Below are positions 1 to 13,621 of a stretch of 20,000 nt of DNA, piece by piece. Made by a program: the position numbers and the translations under genes. Each line of letters starts with the position of its first letter. Within the stretch, counting starts at the first letter, position 1. The notes under the pieces are model-generated. The model saw only the letters and a program-made list of their open reading frames with translations. It did not search any database and was not told the origin of the DNA. Source of the DNA: Reclinomonas americana ATCC 50394 (lineage: Eukaryota); contig PS015097.1 of assembly GCA_048213135.1 (NCBI GenBank), positions 190,542-210,541 of the forward strand. Direction: 5' to 3'.

Positions 1-796
1 TCGGCAAACATGCCCAGCCGAGCAAAGCCACCAGTGTCGATCAGCTCAGGCTATATGCGCGCATGTACAGTCATACATGCAGCAAATGCATGCGCAGTTA
101 GTCATTCTCGCAATCAATCGTAGACCTGCGCATGCGCAGTGCATGCACACACGCACACACACAGTGCACGCACCGAGAGTGAAGTGGAACTCTCGGAATA
201 GATGAGTTCTTTGAGTTTGGATACATCCATGGAGCTGACCTGGCCCACCAGCGCTGCAGTGGCTGCCTCAATGATCTGCGTTGCAAGTGCCATGATGTGA
301 ACTCAAATATGCGAGTGTGTGCGCTGTGCTCAGTATAGAATTCGAACTGAGTGGAAACAGCAGTCGTGGTGATCAGAAACACGCCACCGACTGTTGTTTA
401 CTGGATGTTGTCTGTCCATTTGCCGGGAACGTTTTGATCATGATCCCTGCAACAAGCGCCTCTTCAGTGACGACTCGGCGACTGTTGTGCATCGGTGCAT
501 AAGATAGACGCTGCGCTGCGCTCACGAATTCTGTGCACTCGGAGGATACACGCTGCGCGCTTACATACATACAGACGTCTACAGACCGGTCGACTGCACA
601 CACGCGCAAGAAAGAGCTGCACTGCAAGCAGTTTAGAAGAATGGTGTGTGTGTGTGTGTGTGTGTGTACCAAATGTTTACGCACAACAACTCTCTACAGT
701 GCGTGCTTGTCGTGCTGCTTGTGATGTTTCTTGTGGTGTGCCTGCAGACAGACGTATATCTATATACTAGAACGTATACTCACTCGCGCTGTCAGG

Positions 797-1404
797 CATT
801 CCTGTACCGCTCCTCTCGCCGCGAGCGGGTTGCATCTCAAAACGATGTCCCTATCGAGTTTGATCAACTCGTCGTCACTGTATCGGAGACACCAACACGG
901 TGTAGGTGCACAGTGGAGGCGACAGTGCAAGCAGTGCAGGAAGTGCTCGAATCACGCGCCCCGCTCCTTCCAGCAGAGGCGCACAACATTGCCGTGACCG
1001 CGGTCGACGCACTTGAGTCGGTCAGCTACAAGCGATTCTGCTTCTACATCGAGAGTGATATTGCCGAGCTCACGGTGTTGGCTCTCGAGTGCTCTCGTGA
1101 CGACGTCGTTGAGGATCAAGCTGCTGAATCTGCGGCGGCGGCAGGCATGCAAACTGGGGTTGTGCATGTCTCAGTGGTCCAGGTCACTGGCACAGCAGAG
1201 TTACCAGTGCCACAGACCCAAGTGATCGTCAAGCGCACGAAGACCAAGCGAATACTGGGCATCAAGGTCAAGCGCAGTCACCATCAGCGCGTCGAGTATC
1301 ACGCTCGCAAGCTGACAGCCTCCGAGACCGAGCAAGTGCTGCGCTTGATCCTGGCGCGTTGTGCACAGGCCCATCCGGACCTTGAGTTGATGCCGGCGCC
1401 GTAG
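797..1404 (+). CDS. Hypothetical protein, probable last exon; upstream exon(s) uncertain
   Basis: Open frame AFLYRSS...LMPAP* follows a TGTCAG acceptor ending at 796. The first part of ORF 646..1404 is (TG)n-containing, intron-like sequence. A possible upstream exon ends at 643 (AGAATG|GTGTGT). No recognisable domain. Confidence 0.55.
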
Positions 1405-1599
1405 TCAGTGGTGGCCATGGGCTAAACAGATCAAAGACTGTAGATTGAGAGTGTTTTGTCGCAGTCTAGTAGTGTTCGCAGCATCTTGATCTATTCGGAA
1501 AAAAGCCAATGTAACTTCATGATCATACGAGCTCCTGAGGTATTTTGCTGTCATTGTACTGAGATCTTGAATCTGGCAATGTGGACTAGTACTGCAGTG

Positions 1600-3535
1600 T
1601 ACGATGTAGGCGACTCATACACGTCGGTGATGTACAACTCTGTAAGTGTGCAGGTGCCTACGTTATTGGCGATCACAACAAAAGGCATCGTACAGCAAGC
1701 CAGGAAGAAGAATACCTTAGCAGTGACCACAGTACTAGTAGACTTGCTCAGCTACCTGAGAGTCGACGAAAGCACCACACTTCCGCAAGGCCTTCCAGCC
1801 AGCAATGTGGCTCTTGGAGTAGAAGTGTGACATCGCAGGCAAAAAGCAAGAGGCAAGGGAAANNNNNNNNNNNNNNNNNNNNNNNNNNNNNNNNNNNNNN
1901 NNNNNNNNNNNNNNNNNNNNNNNNNNNNNNNNNNNNNNNNNNNNNNNNNNNNNNNNNNNNNNNNNNNNNNNNNNNNNNNNNNNNNNNNNNNNNNNNNNNN
2001 NNNNNNNNNNNNNNNNNNNNNNNNNNNNNNNNNNNNNNNNNNNNNNNNNNNNNNNNNNNNNNNNNNNNNNNNNNNNNNNNNNNNNNNNNNNNNNNNNNNN
2101 NNNNNNNNNNNNNNNNNNNNNNNNNNNNNNNNNNNNNNNNNNNNNNNNNNNNNNNNNNNNNNNNNNNNNNNNNNNNNNNNNNNNNNNNNNNNNNNNNNNN
2201 NNNNNNNNNNNNNNNNNNNNNNNNNNNNNNNNNNNNNNNNNNNNNNNNNNNNNNNNNNNNNNNNNNNNNNNNNNNNNNNNNNNNNNNNNNNNNNNNNNNN
2301 NNNNNNNNNNNNNNNNNNNNNNNNNNNNNNNNNNNNNNNNNNNNNNNNNNNNNNNNNNNNNNNNNNNNNNNNNNNNNNNNCACAACACCACCGTCAGCCA
2401 GCCGTCCGACCACCAGCGGAGGCTGACCAGCAGCAGCAGCAGCAGCCGGATGCACCTCCACACTGACACCCAACTTCAGAGCGTGCCCGAGAGTAACACC
2501 CATCAGATTGGAGCGAACAGCGCGGCGAGGAGCATTCGGATCAGTGGCCACTTGGAACCGAGTACCTGCATCAGAAGCAACCGCAGCAGCACCAGCCGGA
2601 AGAGCAACAGGAGACAGCAACACAGAGAAATTCCGCTGAGGCGAGTGGCAACTGGCAGCTGCTGGCAATTGACGTCTGTGACCTCGTTCGTCTGTGCCGG
2701 TACTTGGCCACCAAACCAGCAGTCGGCAACGGCGAGAAGTCATCAACACGACCACCGGCCGCCTTCACCGAGCAGTAGAGCATGTGCTCCGCCACACGGC
2801 GAGTCAGCGGACGGCGGTGTGTCAACAGCTTCACCGCCGAGTTGATCAACAGAGAGGCCGCTCGCTCCACCACAGAGCACAGGCCGCGACCACCTTTCGA
2901 CAGCGGAGTGTAGAGGAAGGGTGTGCCGGAGTCGTTGCCGAGGCCAAGGCAGAGTCGGATGCTGTCGCGGATCTTGCAGTCGATGTTGGCGAGCACGTCC
3001 GGCTGGAGCTCCACGGCCGACATGACAAAGGTGACCTTGGGGAGGACGAAGCAGCGAACGGCATCCACCTTCTGGAGCGGCAACAGCGACGACGACTGCT
3101 TGGTGGCCTCGATCGGAGTGAAGAGCTGCTTCTCCAGCATCTCCGCCACTTCAGCTTGCTTCTTCGCCTCGCTTGTACGAGTCGGTGAGTAGAACGGGTA
3201 GCCAAGCCAACGATCGCACTCAGTGATAGATGACATGGATCGCAACGCAGTGCCAGCCATCAGCAGCTCGGGATCGAACTCCTCCGCCACAAAGTTCTGC
3301 GCCTGCATTGGACCAGTTCGGCTTGTTCCGAGCACGCAGAGCCAGCACCAATGACTTCTGCGGGTTGTCGGCAATGCCAGACCACTCGGCCAAACGCTTG
3401 ACAGATCCAGCACCAGCTGCGCCTCACGAACGGAAGACACCACGTGACGATCATCGGCTAAAGCAGAAACACACAGGTGCACACCGAGTTGGAAAGAACA
3501 GGCTGTTGCCGACACGGCAGGCACCAGGGAGACGT
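1600..3535 (-). mobile_element. Degenerate restriction-endonuclease-type non-LTR retrotransposon (R2/NeSL/Utopia-like): RT C-terminal half and thumb, interrupted by a gap
   Basis: Minus-strand translation gives VSALADD (3450-3461, degenerate YADD-type motif) and a frameshifted AEWSGIADNPQKSL (GLxxNxxK-like). It continues RWLGY (KYLG-like), LLPLQKVDAVRCFVLPKV, IDCKIRDSIRLCLGL and FLYTPLSKGGRGL, which are typical of the R2-group thumb. Beyond the gap, HIAGWKALRKCG resembles the downstream HxxxWxxLxxQG linker but is followed by stops, so the left boundary is approximate. Confidence 0.75.
1863..2380. other. Assembly gap
   Basis: Run of N. Confidence 1.
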
Positions 3536-4660
<1,125 letters not shown>

Positions 4661-4768
4661 CTCACGTGCGTAACACACGCTAACTAAACGACAGAAAGAG
4701 CGGAGAGACGAGGGGACCGCAGCGGTTCAGGACACGCTGCGAAGCACGATCACTTTTCGTTCTAAACG

Positions 4769-7700
4769 ATGCCTTGCCGCGACGACCATCGTGCAAGGCA
4801 CTGCCTTTACCACCGCACCTCCCCCTATCAACATCACCACCACAACCGCCGTCACTGGTCATTACTCTCACTCACCCTCCTGCTGACGGTGCTGCTAGTC
4901 GCCAGTCACTCCTCTGCTTCCGCCTCCACCTCCACCCCCCCACACAGCGTGTTTCTCAAGTCACGCGCATTCGAGGCCACACAGACGGACGCGCGAGTGG
5001 CACTGCACCATCCCACGCAAGTGGTGAGTATATGAGAGAGAGAGAGATAATGTGTGTGTGACAGAGAGCCAACGGCAAGTTCGGGTATTTCTCGCTCTTT
5101 CTCCTTCTCTCTCTCCCTCTCAGTCGTCATGCAGCTCCCCACATACACATACACACATCCTTACCTTCCCTATCTCCCTCTCACCTTCCCTCTCATTCTC
5201 TCATCATCCAATCACAATCATGTCCGAATCCGACTGCTGATGATGACTCGCAGTCCTTGTACCTCGTCACCGCCGACACGACCGAGGAGTCGCGTATTCA
5301 GTCGCACGTGCACGACGCCGGCACAGTGGAGACATGGCAGCGGTATCAGCGGGCACTTGATCAGCTCACGCGTCACGTGGCGGTGCACGACACGCAGGAG
5401 TGCCAGGTGGACTCACTGCTGGTGGCGCTGGCCTACGTGCCACAGCATACACGGATAGTGGCGTGCTCGGCTCGCACCGCACAGCAGCTGGCCTCGTTTG
5501 CGTCGGTGTCGGTGATGGAGTGGAGAGATCGGCTGTCGCGAGGTCTGTTGCGGCGGCTGGACGCCGACAGCGCCGACGCCTCGGCCGCTCTGCTGTGGGT
5601 CACGCTGGCCGAGGGAGTGCCTGCGGCGTGTCACGCGCATGTTGCCACTCCAGCGGTGACGCACAGCTTTACGCCACGGCGCGCCGATGCACCTGCCTCG
5701 TCGCTGTCGCTGCGTGATTTGGTCGCCGACGATTTGCTGGCGGTGCTGCCACACGGCGCCACCATCGTGGATACCACGCTGTCGGCGATCAGCGCATCAG
5801 CATCGCGAGTGCTCGTGTCGTGTTCGGCGTCGGCAATGGCGGCTTGTGTTCGCCGTCTCGCCGAGCACCCGCTGGTGTTGTATGTGGAGGAGGATCCGCA
5901 GCTGCGCCTGTTCAACGCGGCTGCGTCGTCTCGCATCCAGGGCGGCGGCACAACGACGACCACCATCCCGTTCTACGATCATGGGATCACCGGTGTGAAT
6001 GAGATTGTGGGCTGTGCGGATTCCGGCATTGATTACGACTCGGCCTATTTCCGCGACTCGTTCAGCGACCCCGCCAGCCCGCTGTTCTCCACCAGTGGGA
6101 CATCGGTGGACTCGAGTGCCCGCAAAATCATTGCGTACCAGTTGCGTCTCTGCATCGTGCCCCCGCTGCGAGCGAGACGGCGGATCTCATTGACTGTGCA
6201 GAGTGTTTGCCGATCGACTGGACGACGGTGATGTCGGCCACGGCACACACGTCTCCTGCACTCTTGTCGGCAGTCCCGTCGGCGGAACAACAGCCTCGTG
6301 GGCTTTTCAGTATCACGGTGTCGCGTATGGAGCCAAGATGTTTTTCCAGGACGTGGGCTTCAGCAGCGGCGAGGCGAGTGAAGTGTTGCCGGAGAAGAGT
6401 GAGTGTGTCGATCACTCATCCGCGCGTCCACAGAGTCTTGCCGTTCCGCTAGATTCGAGTACCCTGTTTACGGCACCCTACAATGCTGGTGCTCGTGTTC
6501 ACTCGAATTCATGGGTATGTGTTTCCCACAACGCTGAATGTGTGTGGCTCGGTTGTCGTTATTCATTCGTGGTTTGCGCGTGTTGCAGGGATCCTCCGAC
6601 CAGGAGTACTCGTCCATTAGTTCCACTCTCGACAATTTTGTGTGGAATCACCCCACCTTCCTGCCCGTTGTGGCGGCCGGCAACAGTGGCCTATCGGGTG
6701 CTTCCACCATTGCCATGCCCGGCAGCGCCAAGAACTGCTTGAGTGCGTTGTTTTTCCCTTCCTCGCAATGGCTTTTGTTTCCTGAATCCTCGCCCCCTTG
6801 CCCAAAAACAACGCGCAGCTGTTGGAGCCGCGGAGAACTCGTACCTCTACGTTGATGGTGTGACACCGCTGGTGGGCTCACAGACGCTGTCCACGGCCAC
6901 CTCGCTGCCGATCGGCAAGGGCATTTTTGTTACTCCGACTTCGGGTGCGTGCTCGCGCGCGTCACGCTTGCTTCTTTCTGCTCAACGCTCATCACACATC
7001 ATGTGCAGGTTGTGTGACAATCTCTGGAGCCAAGGGTCGCATCGTGTTCCTCTCCGAAGGCGACTGCACACTGCGCCAGAAAACGGCGACGGCCAAGGCT
7101 GCTGGTGTCGCAGTTACGAGAGGCTGCTGCTGCTGCTTAGACTCTGCCTCGTACTCACGAGATATTGTGATGCGCAGGGCGTTGTCATCCTCAGCAGTTC
7201 TCTCAGTTTTGGCAGCGAGGATCTCTCCGATTTGCAGCTGCCGGTTGTGCTCGTGCAAGACAGTGTGACACTGCGATCGGCCGTGGCCGAGAATCGCGAC
7301 ATTTCGATTGTTGCTCGTACGTCACTGCCCATTCAACGTTTCCTGTTTTTTCGATTACTCACATGCCTGTTTCCACCACAGGTGGCCTCTTGTTGTATGG
7401 CGTGTCGGCTGTGAATCCGAGTGCCGTGGCGTCGTTTTCGAGTCGAGGCCCGACATTCGATGGTCGTCTCAAACCAGAAGTCCTTGGTCCCGGTCGCTAC
7501 GTGGTCAGCGCCGACAGCGATGGTGCTATTGATATGTCGTCGCCGGGCTCGGTGGCAGTCAAGGGTCTCGAGGGAACCTCCATGGCCACACCCGGTACGC
7601 TCCTCGTGGCCTGGATGCATGCGTGCATGTGTGCGTGCATGCTGACTTGTGCTGCAGTGGTCGCTGGCGCCGTGACACTCATGCGGCAGTACTTCCGCGA

Positions 7701-10149
7701 CGGTTGGTATCCAAGTGGCGCGCCGCAGGCTTCCGATTCTCGCGTTCCGTCGGCTGCGCTCCTCAAGGCACTGGTGGTGGCCGGTGCACAGCCACTCTCC
7801 GGCGCCAATTCCGGAGGTATGTTGTGTTTGATCAGCAACCGGGAGGGAGAGAGTCTCCTGGTCGCTGATGCAATTTGTCGCTGGTTGATAGGGTCCGTGC
7901 CAAACACCACACAAGGCCACGGTATCCTGCAACTCGATCGCGTCCTGCCGTTTGCCGACAGCAACCCCGACTTTTCGCTGCTGGTCTTCGACTCCAACAC
8001 GATTACGGCGAACTCTGAACAGTCTCAGTGTTTCGATGTCAGCAACTCGGGCGTCTATCTTGCGGTGTGTATATGGATGTCCCTGTCTCACTCCTTTCAT
8101 CTTGCCTGGCACCTCCCGCTTATCGCGCGCGCACCAGGTGGCCATGGCGTACATGGACTTCCCGGCGTCGACTTCCGCGTCGACCGTGATTGTCAACGAG
8201 GTCAACTTGAAACTCGAACTCCCCAACGGCACCACTCGCTGGGGCAACAGTCGATCTACCTCTGACACAGTGCGTATGCTGATGGCGGCCAGCGATGCGC
8301 GGTGCACTTTTTTCTCACTTTTTGCTTGCTATGCAGCCGGACTCGTTGAACACGGTGGAGAATGTGCGCCTCGATTCGCCGCCCGAGGGTCGCTATCGCA
8401 TCACAGTGGCCGCAGGGCCGATTCCCCACGGTCCACAGCCGTACGCAATTGTCGTCCGCGGTGCAGTGGCCACTGCCACTTGTGGAAGTTGTGTACATTG
8501 CGGCACTGTGTGATCGGTGCATGCATTCGCTGACAAGTGTATTCCAACTTGTCAGACACCTGCCCCGGCACACCCGAGTGCAACGGCAATGGTCGATGCT
8601 CATTCAGCAGCTGCATCTGCAATGTGCGTACCCTTTGTGTGGTGACAGAAATCGTCGTTCTATCTCGCTGACCCTCGACACAGGCTGGATATGAGCCCGG
8701 CGATTGTTACACTCGTTGCGGTGTTTTACCTCGTCGCAAGCGCTGCCATGTGTGCGCTAACTCGTTTTGCGCGCAGCAATGACGGTTATTCCGTACGGGG
8801 CGCGTGTTGTGCGCTCACTGAACAGCAAGACACTCGACTATATCAAATTCCGCCCGTCGCTCACTCCCAGTTTCGCTTGCTTCACACGCGCGTCGTCACG
8901 TACTGATCGCACGCTCACTGAAGAACAGATGCCACTCGTGCTGCCGGAGAGGAGCTGCGAGCGGTCGCCGTGCCTGTGCGCATCATACTGACGCAGGTGG
9001 CGGGCGACGCTGTGCCGCAGCTGCTGATTCGCGTCGGCGCAGCGCCGACACTAAGTGCGTACTTGCGCGGAGTGACCACGTCGGGCACCACTCGAGTTGG
9101 GTCGTGTCATTGCAGCAACCTCTTTTTCTCCCTCTCTCACACACACATACACTCACTTCACGCGCTGGGTTCGGCAGACATACAATGGACAGTTTTCCGT
9201 CACCGACGACGTGTACGTTGCTGTGGCCGTGACCGGCACAGATCCGAACACCATGTACAGTCTGGAGGTGCGTGACTGCCAAGGCTGCTCCTCTCGCACG
9301 TCGTTCTGTCCGGACATTCGTTGCATTGTTGCGTCACATGACGACTCTACCGTATGCTATGTGCCTGCCTCTGACTTATAATAACTGTACTCTCTTTTCA
9401 CAGGTGACCCTGGCCAGTGGCATTGTGATTGGTTGCCTGATTGTGGTCATTTCGCTGCTGTGTTGTCGCTGTTCGCGAAGGCAAGCGGTGAAGAACAAGG
9501 TGCGTTTGTGTGCGGCCGTACATCGCACCGGCTGTCCGATGTCTCACTTTGCCCGTGCAGGAGTACGGCCTCTTGTTGGAGGCACGTTCATCTCGGCAGG
9601 CGTCGTCACGTCGCACAAAGATCACGCCGACTGGAGTGAGTGTGTGTGTGTGTGTGTGTTTCGTGCAACTCTTCGCGCTTCTCGACATTTTAGTGACTGT
9701 CGATGTGGGCGCGCAGACGACGGCAGATGGTGTTGCGATTGGTGGGGACGCCATCAACAACAACTTCCAAGTTGTTCATCGCGCCGGCGATATTCCCCTC
9801 GTGGAGCTCGTTACGCCACCACCGCCACTTCCACCACCGTATGGACATCATCACAGTGCACTGCGCGGTGCAGCCGAGGTGCGTGTGTGTGTGTCACCGC
9901 GTTCACATCCAGGAATTCACACGCTGACGATTCTCTCCCAACGCACAGGCGACCCACTTGCCTCTGTCGGTGCCACTGGTCGAGTTGCACAGCGGTCATC
10001 CGTCGCTGGTGGTCGACGTACACAGCAGTGCGCTCTCGCCACGTGCGTACACGCAAGGAAACGCTGTGATTTATCACACGGGGCCGCCACCATCGTCCGT
10101 CGGCGACGTGTACGATCCGCACGCTCTCCTCACCCCAACCGCCTCGTAA
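4769..10149 (+). CDS. Type I membrane subtilisin-like S8 serine protease (TagA/Kp43-like catalytic domain) with PA insert, C-terminal beta domain, EGF-like repeat, TM helix and cytoplasmic tail; about 1262 aa, 22 exons
   Basis: Exons: 4769-5023, 5254-6140, 6202-6373, 6434-6514, 6589-6742, 6819-6944, 7009-7112, 7178-7316, 7382-7594, 7658-7816, 7892-8064, 8138-8269, 8337-8487, 8556-8623, 8684-8714, 8777-8869, 8929-9095, 9178-9327, 9404-9499, 9561-9635, 9717-9878, 9949-10149 (3789 nt, in frame). Motifs: signal-like LLSLTLLLTVLLVAS; catalytic ADSGID, HGTHV, AAGN and GTSMATP; ARVHSNSWG; FSSRGPTFDGRLKPEV; PA-like KGRIVFLSEGDCTLRQK; EGF-like CPGTPECNGNGRCSFSSCICNAGYEPGDC; TM VTLASGIVIGCLIVVISLLCC. 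Confidence 0.9.
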
Positions 10150-10227
10150 TAATAATGTAATCACTGAATAGTTCTGCTGTTTATATTTTCCCTCCTGCCC
10201 CGTTCCCGATGCACCCCTAGCAACTAA

Positions 10228-12640
10228 CTACTCCTCGGCGTACGAGGCCAAGAGCGCCAGTGCATCTGACACATCATCAGAGGACAAGGCCGGCGCTGCT
10301 GCTGGTGCAGCATGGGCGGCAGCCGCCGGTGGTGCCTTGCCACCTGCTGGCTTGTGATAGTAGCGCTCATCGTCATCGGCCTCCCACGCTGTCTCGCCCT
10401 CCATGCCAGGCTACATAACACAAAACCACACATATAGCAGGCCACTGTCAGTATCTCTGTGCTGGCAGACGCGAGTGCGTGCACGCAACTGCTGCCGAGG
10501 CCTGGGTAGTGGTGGTCGTGGTGGTGGTGGAGGATGATGAACCGGACGCAGCGCCCGGGTACGCATAATTGGCGTATCCGGCGTACATGTACGCGGCAGC
10601 GGCAGGCAGCGCGTAGAACTGACCGTCGGCGCCCACGTAGCCCGCCATCATCGGCTGCTGGTAGTAGGCACCTGAACCGGCGGCGGGTGCGGGCGGTGGA
10701 GCAGGTGCCGCTCCTGGGTTGGCGTGCACATACTGCGCGTCGGTATTGGGGTACAAGTACGTCTGCGAGCTGGGATTGTGCACGAGATCGTCCACTTTTT
10801 GTCGCTTCAGATCCGGCTCCGGCACGTCGTACTGTGAGGGGTAGTTGAAACCGGTCTCCACTGTGCTGGCCATGGACGCCTGAATGGCCGCCGCCACTCG
10901 GTCCTCCTTCTTTTGTGCCTCGCGCACCACCACCGTTGGGTTGGGGTCGTCGGTGGCCCACTTGATGTTCAGCACCTCGTCGTTGCCGAGCGACTGATTT
11001 GTCATGGCCTCCTTGCCGAACTCGGCACCCACGCGATACACGTAGCGCACAAAGGCGAAGCCGCGCTCCGCGAACACCTTGACTGTGGGTGGGGAAGTGA
11101 GGGAGAAGGGGGGAGTGAGGAGAAGAGATGGGGGAAGAGAAGGGAAAGAGCAAGGGGGAGAGAAGGGGAGAGAAGGGGGAGGAGAAGGGGGGAGGAGGAA
11201 GGGAGGAGAGGAGGAGAGGAGGAGAGGAGGAGAGGAGGAGGAGGAGGAGGAGGAGGAGGAGGAGGAGGAGGAGGAGGAGGNNNNNNNNNNNNNNNNNNNN
11301 GGAGAGGACGGAAGGGAGAGACGGAAGGGAAGTAGGAAGGGGAAGAGTAGAAGGGAGAGTGGAGGGAGAGTGGAGGGAGACGAGGGAGACCGAGGGGAAG
11401 ACGGAATGGGGAGGAGCAAGGGGGAAGGGGGAAGAGCAGGGGGAAAGGCAAGGGGGAAGAGATGGAGAGAGGGGGAAGAGCAAGGGGAAAGGGGGAAGAG
11501 ATGGGAGAGAGAGGGTAAGAGAAGGGGAGAGGAGAAGGGGGGAAGACAAGCAAGAGAAGACACGCCAGAATACTAGAACAAGAGAACTGACAGGGACGCA
11601 CGAAGAGAGGCTGAGGTTGGAAGAGAAAGAATGCAAAGACCGCAAGGACAGTGATCGAGTGTCGACCTGATTCATCAACAAAGAGTCCAGACGCAACGTT
11701 CTTCAATTTGACCCCACTCGCCGAATTGATCGAGCAGTGTTTCCTGCAAGAAGAAAGCAACAGAGTGAACAAACACACATGCCACCACTCCGTGCAGTGC
11801 ACGCTTCACACCCACCGCCAGGCTGACTTTGTACAAATTCTTGATGCCACCAATGTAGAGGGTGCGATTCTCGCGATTGAAGGTGCCGACACCACCCATG
11901 TCCTCACGATCAGCCCTACACACATGCATCAGCAAACGATGAGAGAAGAGTGAGTGAGCGACGAGGGAGTGGCGGCGGCCCACTCACGAATGTCTCTCAC
12001 GACCGAAAATGTCGTGAATGTTGGCCAGCTTCAGTTCGTCGTCCTCATTCGGCAAGTGATGCTTGTACAGGCATTCGTAGCCCTGCACTCACGCACACAC
12101 ACATAAGAGACGCTGCCTCCACGACCATGGCTGTCACCTTCTACGACTCAACTCGGCAGCACTGTCCACGCGCAAAATGCACGCAAAAGAACGATCCCTC
12201 ACGCGTATCGCCACGAGTGCGCCCGGCGTCACGCAACACATTGCATCGCGTCTCAGCCGCACTAGGTACACCCGCAAAAAAAATAATCAGTGCCCACAGA
12301 CAACTCGCACACACAATCGAAATGCATTTGCCACGCACACTCGATCCTTCTCCTTCTTGGCGCGGAATCCGCAAAACTTGCCGTACCCTGTGCACCACCG
12401 CATGAGCGAGTGGAGGGGGGGGGGCGCAAAGAGAGACGACACAAGAAAGAGACGCAACAGATGTTGTAGTACAAGCCCTCCTCTTCCTCAGTTGCTTGAC
12501 GAGCCACCGGTTGATCAACCTGAAATCGATGATGATGATTCAGACTCCAAAGACAACTCCAGAAACAACGACTGCTGCGTCTCTCTCTCTCTCACACACA
12601 CATTTGCACTCATTTCTTCCAATCCTTCTCCAAATTCCTT

Positions 12641-12695
<55 letters not shown>

Positions 12696-13580
12696 TCCGT
12701 CTTCNNNNNNNNNNNNNNNNNNNNNNNNNNNNNNNNNNNNNNNNNNNNNNNNNNNNNNNNNNNNNNNNNNNNNNNNNNNNNNNNNNNNNNNNNNNNNNNN
12801 NNNNNNNNNNNNNNNNNNNNNNNNNNNNNNNNNNNNNNNNNNNNNNNNNNNNNNNNNNNNNNNNNNNNNNNNNNNNNNNNNNNNNNNNNNNNNNNNNNNN
12901 NNNNNNNNNNNNNNNNNNNNNNNNNNNNNNNNNNNNNNNNNNNNNNNNNNNNNNNNNNNNNNNNNNNNNNNNNNNNNNNNNNNNNNNNNNNNNNNNNNNN
13001 NNNNNNNNNNNNNNNNNNNNNNNNNNNNNNNNNNNNNNNNNNNNNNNNNNNNNNNNNNNNNNNNNNNNNNNNNNNNNNNNNNNNNNNNNNNNNNNNNNNN
13101 NNNNNNNNNNNNNNNNNNNNNNNNNNNNNNNNNNNNNNNNNNNNNNNNNNNNNNNNNNNNNNNNNNNNNNNNNNNNNNNNNNNNNNNNNNNNNNNNNNNN
13201 NNNNNNNNNNNNNNNNNNNNNNNNNNNNNNNNNNNNNNNNNNNNNNNNNNNNNNNNNNNNNNNNNNNNNNNNNNNNNNNNNNNNNNNNNNNNNNNNNNNN
13301 NNNNNNNNNNNNNNNNNNNNNNNNNNNNNNNNNNNNNNNNNNNNNNNNNNNNNNNNNNNNNNNNNNNNNNNNNNNNNNNNNNNNNNNNNNNNNNNNNNNN
13401 NNNNNNNNNNNNNNNNNNNNNNNNNNNNNNNNNNNNNNNNNNNNNNNNNNNNCGAACGGACGGCGTCGGCCGAACGAAGTAGTAATAGGTCGTCGTCGTC
13501 GTCGTACGTACTACCGCCTCGTCCGTACCACACTACTTCACTCACTCTTCTACTACTCTCTACTACCTCCCCTCCCCTCC

Positions 13581-13621
<41 letters not shown>

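Noticed and set aside
98-770. Short ORFs at the window start
   Set aside because: No recognisable motifs, and I could not build a consistent exon chain.
11002-11802. Pro/Ser/Leu- or Glu/Gly/Arg-rich ORFs (also 18740-19908)
   Set aside because: Translations of intronic polypurine/polypyrimidine tracts.
13453-13560. Odd CGA/GTC/TAC-rich sequence beside gaps (also 4517-4545 and 19908-20000)
   Set aside because: Occurs at contig ends next to microsatellites and looks like degraded pyrosequencing read ends, so it is not trusted as real sequence.
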